From Candidatus Poribacteria bacterium (lineage in GTDB: Bacteria; Poribacteria; WGA-4E; PCPOR2b), in the NCBI GenBank assembly GCA_003635265.1, contig PYIZ01000010.1, forward strand, positions 151,177-215,176: DNA of 64,000 bases. The letters run 5' to 3'. Shown here in pieces: positions 1 through 8,437 of this stretch. Each line of letters starts with the position of its first letter. Within the stretch, counting starts at the first letter, position 1. A program made the position numbers and the translations under genes. Below the pieces are notes generated by a model. It had not been told where the DNA came from and did not search any database. It saw only the letters and a list, made by a program, of their open reading frames with translations.

Positions 1-139
1 GGATTAATGAACTAGAGATTCGACAGGGCAACCCCCAGCTGACAAGACGTGAACCGTTGGTACTGAAGGACGTAACAGTTTCGATTCATTATCACTAACG
101 GACTTGTGAGTGATTACCCACTAAGGGAAGGAGATCGCC

Positions 140-1003
140 ATGAAAATAGTAACCGTTCCAACCAACGGAGAAATCCCTGATAAGAAAGACCCTTATCCCT
201 ACGGGTGGCGTGAAGCAATACGGACTTTGCCTGACGGAACAGAGGTGCTCGAACGGACGCCCCTGACACTTGAGGACATCCTTCACCCACAGGTGGGAGA
301 TTACCGAATGCACGATGAGGAACATGAACGATTTTGTAATTATCTCTACAATGTATTGTCAGCTCGGATTGCGGATGAACCGAATGCCATAGTCTTGCAC
401 GATGTACGTGTAGCGTGGGCACTGCCCGATCTAAGAGCACATGGACCCGATATTTCGGTGATTTTCGATCTCCGGCGGCACATCAATTGGAGTACCTTTT
501 CGGAGGAAGACGAGGAAACCAAGCCAAGCCTGATTATAGAAATCGTCTCGCCTTCGACCCGCTCAACTGATGTTGTCACGAAGGTTGACCACTATGCGCG
601 GGTCGGCGTACCGAATTACATCATCGTGGATCGATTTGAGCGACAGGGGGTAATGGAGCGAACATTGGTGGGATACCGACTCACACCGGCTGGCTATGAA
701 GAGTTGAGTCCCAATGCGGATGGATGGCTCTGGATTGAACCCGTCAACATCTGGTTGAGCTTGGAGGACGAAAATCTCGTTTGTTATGATGAAACGGGCA
801 ATCTGATACCAGACTATGTTGACGTATCGGCTCGTGCTGCTGAAGAAGCCCAAGCCCGCGTTGAGGCAGAAAACCACGCCGCCGAAGAAGCCCAAGCCCG
901 CGTTGAGGCAGAAAACCGCGCCACTGAAGAAGCCCAAGCCCGCATTGAGGCGGAGGAGAGGATTCGACAACTTGAGAATGAACTACGGCGGCGTACATCG
1001 TGA
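140..1003 (+). CDS. Uma2 family (DUF820) PD-(D/E)xK endonuclease with C-terminal Ala/Glu-rich repeat tail
   Basis: 287-aa ORF with an aaggag RBS 7 nt upstream of the ATG. Carries the Uma2 signature PDISVIF...SLIIEIVSPSTRSTDVVTKVDHYARVGVPNYIIVD. The last ~45 aa are AEEAQARVEAEN-type repeats. Confidence 0.85.
   Translation: MKIVTVPTNGEIPDKKDPYPYGWREAIRTLPDGTEVLERTPLTLEDILHPQVGDYRMHDEEHERFCNYLYNVLSARIADEPNAIVLHDVRVAWALPDLRAHGPDISVIFDLRRHINWSTFSEEDEETKPSLIIEIVSPSTRSTDVVTKVDHYARVGVPNYIIVDRFERQGVMERTLVGYRLTPAGYEELSPNADGWLWIEPVNIWLSLEDENLVCYDETGNLIPDYVDVSARAAEEAQARVEAENHAAEEAQARVEAENRATEEAQARIEAEERIRQLENELRRRTS
842..958 (+). repeat. In-frame 42-nt tandem repeat, about 2.7 copies, inside the Uma2 gene
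   Basis: The unit gaagaagcccaagcccgcgttgaggcagaaaaccacgccgcc starts at 842, 884 and 926 (third copy partial). Only a few substitutions between copies. Encodes (A/T)EEAQAR(V/I)EAEN(H/R)A. Confidence 0.9.
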
Positions 1004-1057
1004 TATCGTTATGTAATGCAAATTTCGCACTTGTCGGTTTGAGGGACATGGGAGGAG

Positions 1058-2968
1058 ATGGCAGATACAGAAGCACAAACCCTACAAAAACTTGAACGCC
1101 AAGGTCGGGATCTGAAAGGTGTCTGGAAGTGGCTATTTGAAACTATCGCTGTCAGCTTTGTGTTCTTTTATATCTACGGCGCGGGCTTCGGAACATCAGG
1201 TGAACAGTATCACGTCGGATTGTACCTGCTCCTCACATTCGTCTTGACGGGCATGTTCCATCAATTCAGGCGCAGCTCACCAGAATTGCGTCCGTCAACG
1301 GTAGATCTGATACTCGTCGGTTTGACGGTTTTCGTGATTGGATACTGGATTGTCGAGTACAAGACGCTCGCAGACCGAGTAGGAGCATATAGCCGACTCG
1401 ATGTTTGCGTCGGAGCGGTGGCTGTGATTTTGAGCCTTGAGTATAGCCGCCGGACAGTCGGTTGGGCACTGACCATAATTGCTACCGTCGGCATTCTGTA
1501 CGCCCTGTTTGGTAAGTTCATGCCCTTCGTCATCGCTCACAAGGGATTCCCGTTGCGCCGAATCTTCGAATACAGTTTCTTCAGCCAAGCGGGCATCTTC
1601 GGCATCATGGCAAACGTCATGGCAACATACGTTGTGCTGTTTATCTTCTTCGGGGCATTCTTGGAGAAGTCAGGGGTGGGACAATTTTTCATTGACCTCC
1701 CAATGGCGGTGGCGGGTCGATTGGTGGGCGGACCTGCAAAAGTAGCAGTCGTCGCTTCGGGGTTCTTCGGTTCAGTCGCTGGAAGTGCGATCGCAAACAC
1801 AGTCGCAACCGGTGCATTCACTGTCCCATTGATGAAGCGCACGGGATTTCGGTCACACATCGCCGGTGCTGTCGAAGCAACAGCGTCGGTTGGAGGACAA
1901 TTCCTCCCGCCCGTGATGGGTGCCGGTGCGTTTATCATGGCGGAACGCACCGAGCTGCCCTATAGCCACATCGCCCTATTATCGGTTATCCCAGCACTGC
2001 TCTATTTCTTCTCAGTGTGGGTGATGGTACATCTCGAGGCAAAAAAGGAGGGGATTGAGGGACTACCGAGAGTTGAACTACCTCACCTATCTACACTTCT
2101 CAAAAGCCAGTGGTACTGCTTGATCCCGTTAGTCGTCCTGATCGCCACCCTGATGGTGGGGCATACAGCCTCCCAAGCGGCGTTCTTCGCGATCCTGACC
2201 ACAATCTGCATCAGTTACCTTCGACCGGAAACACGTCTCACACCCAAGCGCCTTTGGGAGGCAATGGTTACCGGCGCGAAAAATTCCCTCGCCATCGGTG
2301 GGGCAGTGGGTAGCATCGGAATTATTATTGCCGTCATAGATCTCACCGGACTCGGAAGGATTTTTCCTGACCTTGTCCTCTCCGTTGCTGGAGACAGCCG
2401 CGCAATCGCTATTCTCTTGCTCGCCGCTGCATCTCTCATCTTGGGTATGGGCATCCCCGTTACCGCTGCCTATCTGATTACCTCTGAACTTGCCGTTCCC
2501 ATCCTAACGAGTGGTCAGATGGGAGTTTCCCTTATCGCGGCGCACCTGATTGTCTTCTGGCTCAGTCAAGATTCCAATATCACGCCGCCTGTCGCACTCG
2601 GCGCATATGCCGGGGCTGCCGTCGCACGTGCGGATCCGTGGAGAACAGGCTGGGCATGTTTCAAATTCGCAAAGTTCCTGTATATCATGCCGCTGCTGTT
2701 CGCTTATACGCACATCCTGTTTGATGGCACACTACTACAAAATGTACTGTCGGTTGCCACCGCTGTGGTAGGCACGTTCATCTTTTCAATCGTTACGATG
2801 GGTTACTTCCTCCGAAAAACGACATGGATAGAGTGGATTATGCTCGCGGTTGCCGCTTTCTTGGCGTATATTTATAGAATAGACACCTTCGTAATTGCAC
2901 TCGGACTATTTACCGCCGTGTATTTCATGCAGAAGCGGGTCAGAGACGTGCCAGAGGAAGTCTCCTGA
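1058..2968 (+). CDS. TRAP transporter fused permease (DctQ/DctM-type fusion, TAXI-class)
   Basis: 636-aa polytopic membrane ORF. Contains a block typical of TRAP fused permeases: GAFLEKSGVGQFFIDLPMAVAGRLVGGPAKVAVVASGFFGSVAGSAIANTVATGAFTVPLMKRTGF. Confidence 0.9.
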   Translation: MADTEAQTLQKLERQGRDLKGVWKWLFETIAVSFVFFYIYGAGFGTSGEQYHVGLYLLLTFVLTGMFHQFRRSSPELRPSTVDLILVGLTVFVIGYWIVEYKTLADRVGAYSRLDVCVGAVAVILSLEYSRRTVGWALTIIATVGILYALFGKFMPFVIAHKGFPLRRIFEYSFFSQAGIFGIMANVMATYVVLFIFFGAFLEKSGVGQFFIDLPMAVAGRLVGGPAKVAVVASGFFGSVAGSAIANTVATGAFTVPLMKRTGFRSHIAGAVEATASVGGQFLPPVMGAGAFIMAERTELPYSHIALLSVIPALLYFFSVWVMVHLEAKKEGIEGLPRVELPHLSTLLKSQWYCLIPLVVLIATLMVGHTASQAAFFAILTTICISYLRPETRLTPKRLWEAMVTGAKNSLAIGGAVGSIGIIIAVIDLTGLGRIFPDLVLSVAGDSRAIAILLLAAASLILGMGIPVTAAYLITSELAVPILTSGQMGVSLIAAHLIVFWLSQDSNITPPVALGAYAGAAVARADPWRTGWACFKFAKFLYIMPLLFAYTHILFDGTLLQNVLSVATAVVGTFIFSIVTMGYFLRKTTWIEWIMLAVAAFLAYIYRIDTFVIALGLFTAVYFMQKRVRDVPEEVS

Positions 2969-3028
2969 TTAACCTCTAATAGTTGATAAAAATTACACCC
3001 AAGCGAAAGAGTAGGACAAAAAACGTAT

Positions 3029-4651
3029 ATGGATACCCGCGCTGCCCCCAATCATCGACACGACCTAGAGGCATTACGTGCCCTAGCCATGTTGTTAATC
3101 ATTGCCTTTTATGGCGCTCTAGCGTTTTTTGACGTCCCTTGGCCCGTTCAAGATGTGCAGAAAAACGAAGGATTTGGCGTTTTTTTTCTGATAGTACACG
3201 GGTTTCAAATGCCACTTTTCTTCGTAACTAGTGGTTTCTTCACTGCGATGCTTTGGCGCACGCGTGGGGTAAAGGGGTTGCTGGAACACCGATTTCGACG
3301 TGTCTTCATGCCGCTGGTGTTCGGGCTTATCACTATCGCTCCTCTTACATACTGGATCAACGAACAACTGATCGAAGCCACCCTACAACGCGCGCGAGAC
3401 GCTGCCCCGACACCCTCAGAAGATTCGCTGACAAATATTTGGGTTGCAGTAAGAACTGGAAACGGTGAGGCGCTCAAGGCGCACTTGGCGAATGGAGTGA
3501 ATCTGAACGCCCAAGATCCGCAATCCGGGCTTACCCCTTTGTCGTGGTCTGTCTTTACAGGGGAAGTCAAGATTGCCGAACAACTCGTCAAAGCGGAAGC
3601 AGACGTAAATGGAAAAAATAGAGATGGAGGTACACCTTTACATGAAGCTGCTTTTATGGGACGGGATCGGATCGCTAGAATGCTTCTTCGAAACGGTGCT
3701 GATGTGGAGGCGCGGAATGATAACGGCCAGACCCCACTGAACCTTGCACAAGCAGATTGGCGAGATATTTACGTGAGAGTCAGGGAATTACAAGTGAAGT
3801 TAGATCCAGTAAAAGCCTTTTACGGCAGAACTCACATCGCTACCATCCTGACTAAATACGAGTCAACGGGAAACCTTCCAAACGTAAAGGAGGAAAGCCG
3901 TCTGTGGCGGATACTTACAACAGGAAGTATATTCGCACACCTCTGGTTGTTCTACCTGCTCTGCTGGTTGGTTCTCGCTTTTGCTTTATATGCCACAATT
4001 GCCGAACGGAGGTTGTGGAGGGGACCACCCCAAAAGATGATAGTTTCGCCGCTCCGCTATCTTTGGCTGATTCCCCTAACCATGGTTCCTCAATGGTTTA
4101 TGGCGGCAAGGGGGGCCATCCCGAACTTTGGACCCGATACCTTCATCTCTCCGATACCCATGCCATATATCCCCATCTATTACGGTATTTTCTTCTTTTT
4201 CGGGGCATTCTACTACGATTGCGATGATAGCGACTCAAACGTTGGAAGACAGTGGATAATCACCATGCCCGTGGCGCTGCTGGTTATCTTTCCGGTCACG
4301 CTGATATTAGGACTTAGCCCTGAGCTGTTAGGGCAGTTGCGTCAACCCGCTTTGCTCATTTTGAAGGCGATGTACGCGTGGCTGATGATTTTCTCCCTTA
4401 TCGGCATTGCCCGTGAGTTGATCTCAAGAGAGAGTAAGGTGTGGCGATACCTTGCAGATGTCGCCTACTGGTTATACCTCGCACATCTCCCCCTACTTCT
4501 TGCGGTTCAAGCAATGATACGGACATGGGACCTGCCTGCGGTTGCCAAGTTTGGTCTGGTATGTTTTGGGGTAACCGGTATTCTGTTGTTAATTCACCAA
4601 TTCTTCCTGCGTTACACCTTTCTGGGCACGGTGCTAAATAGAAATCATTGA
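3029..4651 (+). CDS. Acyltransferase-3 family membrane protein with three embedded ankyrin repeats
   Basis: 540-aa ORF. The N-terminus RHDLEALRALAMLLII and about 10 TM helices fit acyltransferase-3 (OafA/OpgC-like). Residues ~137-240 (nt ~3437-3750) are ankyrin repeats, e.g. DGGTPLHEAAFMGRDRIARMLLRNGADVEARNDNGQTPLNLA. Confidence 0.8.
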   Translation: MDTRAAPNHRHDLEALRALAMLLIIAFYGALAFFDVPWPVQDVQKNEGFGVFFLIVHGFQMPLFFVTSGFFTAMLWRTRGVKGLLEHRFRRVFMPLVFGLITIAPLTYWINEQLIEATLQRARDAAPTPSEDSLTNIWVAVRTGNGEALKAHLANGVNLNAQDPQSGLTPLSWSVFTGEVKIAEQLVKAEADVNGKNRDGGTPLHEAAFMGRDRIARMLLRNGADVEARNDNGQTPLNLAQADWRDIYVRVRELQVKLDPVKAFYGRTHIATILTKYESTGNLPNVKEESRLWRILTTGSIFAHLWLFYLLCWLVLAFALYATIAERRLWRGPPQKMIVSPLRYLWLIPLTMVPQWFMAARGAIPNFGPDTFISPIPMPYIPIYYGIFFFFGAFYYDCDDSDSNVGRQWIITMPVALLVIFPVTLILGLSPELLGQLRQPALLILKAMYAWLMIFSLIGIARELISRESKVWRYLADVAYWLYLAHLPLLLAVQAMIRTWDLPAVAKFGLVCFGVTGILLLIHQFFLRYTFLGTVLNRNH

Positions 4652-4830
4652 CATACTCCCACACCCTAAAGGGAGGGGATTGTCGTCCGTTCCCGATAGG
4701 CTGTCGAATTGCTCTATCAACGAAGTTGGCCCGGTAAACTGGGACTTACGACCTCTTCTGAGAGGGTAGATGCCCCTACCCTTCGGAAGATTTCGGTAAA
4801 TTCAACAGACCTACAAGCTGATAACCCTTT

Positions 4831-5661
4831 TCAACTGAGCAGTGCCCGCAAAGGCACATCTTCCTCCTGTGGAAGGTAATAACTGAGTGGATCACTGACC
4901 ACGCCGAGCAGCTGCTTCTGCAGGGGAGTGGTGCACTTAGCGACCAATTCATCCGGCATCGCAATATAGTCCATCGGTTTGACCCACCGGTAAGCGTATC
5001 CTATAAAGATTGTTTTTCGCGGTATGCCAGACCAGTTATGCCCAGGTCCATGCCACGTCCGTTGCTCAAAGATGAATGCATCTCCCGCCTTTACGTTCAT
5101 GGAGATAGCCCCTCTGGCGTGTCCAGTTTCTGTGTCCACGGGCGGTGTGCCGGTGAGGCGGTTGCTACCGGGAACAAGCACCGTCGCACCTGAAGCCGGA
5201 TCTGATTGATCACTGATGGCATAGGCAATCTTGAGCAAGATTCTGGGATGGGGTTCTTGCATTTCACTAGGTGACGTACCCCCATCGCGGTGTAGTCCTA
5301 TCCTGTCTTTGACTTTCGGCGGCGGTTCCGCCTTGGATGGAAGTACAAGCAGATGCGAGGTTATCATCTGGATATTCCAATTCAAGATGCCCCAAGCGAG
5401 TGGTGCCGTCTTGGGCCAATCGAGTAGTTGGAAAAAGGCATCGTGCTGAGTGATGCAATTCCGCATATTCAGCCTGCCGTCAACTTCCAAACGCCCAGCT
5501 TTTTCTTCGCGTTCGTGAAGTTCATCGATCGCCGCGTCAATCTCGGCAACTATATCTGGATCTAGTGCGTTTTCGATTACAAGGTATCCGTTAGCATCGA
5601 CAAACTCCTGTTGCTCTGGAGTCAAGACCGCGTAACCGGTCAAATCATTTTGAACTGACAT
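4831..5661 (-). CDS. Phytanoyl-CoA dioxygenase (PhyH) family Fe(II)/2-oxoglutarate oxygenase
   Basis: 276-aa ORF. N-terminal LTPEQQEFVDANGYLVIENAL, HxD motif in GLHRDGG, distal His in TWHGPGHN. ggaggga RBS. Confidence 0.85.
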   Translation of the reverse strand: MSVQNDLTGYAVLTPEQQEFVDANGYLVIENALDPDIVAEIDAAIDELHEREEKAGRLEVDGRLNMRNCITQHDAFFQLLDWPKTAPLAWGILNWNIQMITSHLLVLPSKAEPPPKVKDRIGLHRDGGTSPSEMQEPHPRILLKIAYAISDQSDPASGATVLVPGSNRLTGTPPVDTETGHARGAISMNVKAGDAFIFEQRTWHGPGHNWSGIPRKTIFIGYAYRWVKPMDYIAMPDELVAKCTTPLQKQLLGVVSDPLSYYLPQEEDVPLRALLS

Positions 5662-5780
5662 TTCTCCCTCCAGCTCTTGAATGGGGTAGGTGGTATAAGC
5701 AATCCGTATTAAGAGGATACACGATTTGGAGTTTCAATGCCAGACATTTTTTAAAGGTGGCTGTCATTAAAAACCAAACA

Positions 5781-5789
5781 TGCTATAAT
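5781..5789 (+). promoter_or_regulatory. Extended -10 element (TGcTATAAT) upstream of the 5821 gene
   Basis: tgctataat at 5781-5789 lies 32 nt upstream of the ATG and ahead of the agggag RBS. The -35 is weak (ctgtca). Confidence 0.35.
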
Positions 5790-5820
5790 GTGCTGCACAG
5801 AAACATAGAAAGGGAGCAAA

Positions 5821-7329
5821 ATGGAAAATACACGCTTGTTTATCGACGATTTCGAGATTGAGTCCAAGCAATACCTGAAGCGAAGGTTCCATCCACCAGA
5901 GAAGGTCGGCACAGTGCTCCTACCGGATCAACCGTGGGAGGATAAGTCTGGATGCGCCTGTCCTATGGTCATCTCCGATCCAGAGGGGACACTCAAGATG
6001 TGGTATTGGAACTCAAAAGATGATCTTAATGACCTTTACGCGACAAGCCAAGATGGACTTCAGTGGGAAAAGCCGATTCTCAATCTAACAGAGGTCGACG
6101 GCAATACCGAAAACAACAAAGTGAAAACACCAGGGCGGATTGGTCCCGGCGCAGTTTTTTACTGTCCTGAATCCACCCTTTCTGAAGGCGCAGACACACT
6201 ATACCGAACAGTTTCATGGATTCCGGGTGGTGAATGGAGCCAACGATATCTGCCAATTTTCAGTCCGGACGGATTCACTTGGCGCACAGTGGAAAACGCG
6301 GACGAAGAACCGGGCATCAGCGATGGTGTGGGCGATACTGGCACATTCCTAGTTGCTGACGATGCCTTTCCCATGATGCGCGAAGATGTGCCCGGTCGCT
6401 ATATCGCCTTTCCACGCGTCCATGCAGCGGTGGGGCGTTTCCGAAGACGGGCTGTGGGGATGACATTTACCAATTCCTTACCCAATCGTGCTCGATTGAT
6501 GCTGGATTGGCCCCGCCCCAATCTTGTTCTCGCTCCGGATCTACTTGACGATGAAATGGCGCGTGAACGCCTGGACAAAGCCTATGCAGATGGAATCATC
6601 CACTATAATGATCCGGTAGACCAGCATTGTGAATTCTACACCATGCAGCCGTGGACTGTAGGCAATGTCTTTCTTGGCGCACTTTATATCTTCGATGTCA
6701 GTATGGATATGTACAAACATAGCATGTGGAATCAGCACGGTGTCATGGAGACGCAACTGGTATATAGCCGTGATCTCGTGCATTGGGATCGGCTTGGAGA
6801 TCGCCAACCGTGGATTGGGAGGGGCGAAGCGGGGGAACAGGATTGCGCGATGATACACTTCGACAGCGTGCCGATACGCGTGGGAGATTGGATGTACCAG
6901 TACTACTCCTCTGGCAATCTTCCGCATCCTTCCGTGGATCAGCAGTGGCTAATTGAGCAGCGGAAGTTGATTGAAGCGGGAAAACGACACCCGTTACAAG
7001 CAATTGGCTGTGTGCGCTTTCGACCTGACCGCTATATCTCCTTGGAAGCGGGTAACCGCACGGGACGCGTGATCACACAAGAGTTGACTGTGAGCGGCAG
7101 TCGTCTGTCGGTCAATCTAGATGCCATAAATGGCGAGTTGGTCGTTAGCTTACTGACCGAGCGAGGACGACCGCTGAAAGGTTACGAGCAGTCCCAGCCG
7201 ATTCGGGGAGACCACATTGAGGGTCCTGTATCTTTCCCAAAACCCCTCGCCGACCTGATCGGTCAAAAAGTAAAACTCCGCTTTACACTTCAGAATGCAA
7301 AGCTGTTCAGCTATTCGTTGGAGAATTGA
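5821..7329 (+). CDS. Hypothetical protein, possibly a beta-propeller glycoside-hydrolase-like fold with C-terminal beta-sandwich
   Basis: 502-aa ORF with an agggag RBS. Repeated aromatic beta-strand blocks (MWYWNS, LYATSQDGLQWEKP, FSPDGFTWR, VYSRDLVHWDRLG). I do not recognise the family with certainty. Confidence 0.6.
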   Translation: MENTRLFIDDFEIESKQYLKRRFHPPEKVGTVLLPDQPWEDKSGCACPMVISDPEGTLKMWYWNSKDDLNDLYATSQDGLQWEKPILNLTEVDGNTENNKVKTPGRIGPGAVFYCPESTLSEGADTLYRTVSWIPGGEWSQRYLPIFSPDGFTWRTVENADEEPGISDGVGDTGTFLVADDAFPMMREDVPGRYIAFPRVHAAVGRFRRRAVGMTFTNSLPNRARLMLDWPRPNLVLAPDLLDDEMARERLDKAYADGIIHYNDPVDQHCEFYTMQPWTVGNVFLGALYIFDVSMDMYKHSMWNQHGVMETQLVYSRDLVHWDRLGDRQPWIGRGEAGEQDCAMIHFDSVPIRVGDWMYQYYSSGNLPHPSVDQQWLIEQRKLIEAGKRHPLQAIGCVRFRPDRYISLEAGNRTGRVITQELTVSGSRLSVNLDAINGELVVSLLTERGRPLKGYEQSQPIRGDHIEGPVSFPKPLADLIGQKVKLRFTLQNAKLFSYSLEN

Positions 7330-7471
7330 TATTGACTTCCTGCTGCATGTATAGTAGCATAGTTTTTCGATTTGAAGCCCTGTGGACATTACTACGTTTC
7401 AGATTGGGGAAATCTTTAATAATTTTATTGGGTGCGATAGCAACCACCAAAATGAAAGGACATTGATACAC

Positions 7472-8266
7472 ATGATCAAAATTGGCTGTAACTTCCTGAG
7501 TTTGCAAAATACGGATGTTGAAACCTTCCTCGATGTTGCCCATGATTTAAGGATGGACATCGTTGACTTTCACTACCGGGCTTTCCCCTCGACGGATCCA
7601 GAATATCTCAGCGGTATCAAACTGAAGTGCCTCAAATACGGTATGCCTATTGGCTATATCGGCGTGAGTGGTTTGTTCGTCGGGAATGCAGCGGAACGTG
7701 AGGAACACGCTCAGAATTGTCGGGACGCAATTGACCTCGCTGCGTTTCTCGGTTCACCGTTGATTCGCGCGTTTTGTGCCGTGATACCAGAAAAGAATGG
7801 CGATGGCGACGATCCTTGGCCAGCTATGATTCAGGGTTATCAGGATGCCGCCGATTATGCAGCCACGAAAGGCATCGCAGTAGGGTTGCAGAATCACCCA
7901 TCTACAGGTGACGATATGCTGCGCATCCGGAGCGAGACTAATCGAGAGAACTTCTCCTTTATCATGGATACCGGACAATGGGTCGGATCGCCCGGATCTG
8001 GTCCACGTGGAGAAACGGATCCCGACATTGACTTTTATGAGTTCATGGAACAGACTGTGCCGTATGCACTGTATGTCCGCACAAAATTTTACAAAAACGA
8101 AAGCGGTACGGAGGAGTGGCTGGATTATGAGCGAATCGCAGACATTTTGAAAAGCGTCAACTACAATGGCTGCATCTCCATTGTCTACGAAGGTGAACAT
8201 CCAGACCGAATTGATCAGGTACGTAAAGCCGCTAGCCAACTGCGCACACTGTTGGCCGGTTATTAA
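7472..8266 (+). CDS. Sugar phosphate isomerase/epimerase (xylose isomerase-like TIM barrel)
   Basis: Start set to ATG 7472 (MIKIGCNFLS...), with aaagga 12 nt upstream. The 30 extra codons of the 7382 ORF do not look protein-like. The overall pattern fits AP-endonuclease-2/xylose-isomerase-like TIM barrels. Confidence 0.8.
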   Translation: MIKIGCNFLSLQNTDVETFLDVAHDLRMDIVDFHYRAFPSTDPEYLSGIKLKCLKYGMPIGYIGVSGLFVGNAAEREEHAQNCRDAIDLAAFLGSPLIRAFCAVIPEKNGDGDDPWPAMIQGYQDAADYAATKGIAVGLQNHPSTGDDMLRIRSETNRENFSFIMDTGQWVGSPGSGPRGETDPDIDFYEFMEQTVPYALYVRTKFYKNESGTEEWLDYERIADILKSVNYNGCISIVYEGEHPDRIDQVRKAASQLRTLLAGY

Positions 8267-8297
8267 CCAACGGTGCTAGTTTGCAGCTGCTGGTAAT

Positions 8298-8320
8298 GTG
8301 AAACGTGAAGCGTAAAAAAA
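8298..8320 (+). repeat. GTGAARC heptamer repeat motif (family 1)
   Basis: gtgaaacgtgaagcgtaaaaaaa lies 32 nt after the stop of the 7472-8266 gene. Related copies are at 15997-16019 (reverse), 21206-21250 and 27988-28009. Confidence 0.7.
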
Positions 8321-8326
8321 CAATTT

Positions 8327-8377
8327 GTTCATTGGTTCATTAGTACATGGGTTCATTAATGAACTTTTGAACCAATG
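8327..8377. repeat. GTTCATT direct repeats ending in a GTTCATTAATGAAC palindrome (family 2)
   Basis: gttcattggttcattagtacatgggttcattaatgaac, followed by gaaccaatg, which is complementary to cattggttc at 8330-8338. Related copies are at 3-14, 12620-12650, 33136-33154 and 60349-60367. Confidence 0.7.
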
Positions 8378-8437
8378 TATTCTTAACAACGTGCCGATGA
8401 CATCTTCGCTGACTAGCACCAAAAGTTATTAGCGGAA

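Noticed and set aside
7382-7471. N-terminal extensions of several ORFs (7382, 19123, 20336, 25797, 28058, 32981, 35859, 42030, 55036)
   Set aside because: In each case an internal ATG with a better Shine-Dalgarno sequence coincides with the start of family-typical sequence. Several of the long versions begin with TTG or GTG.
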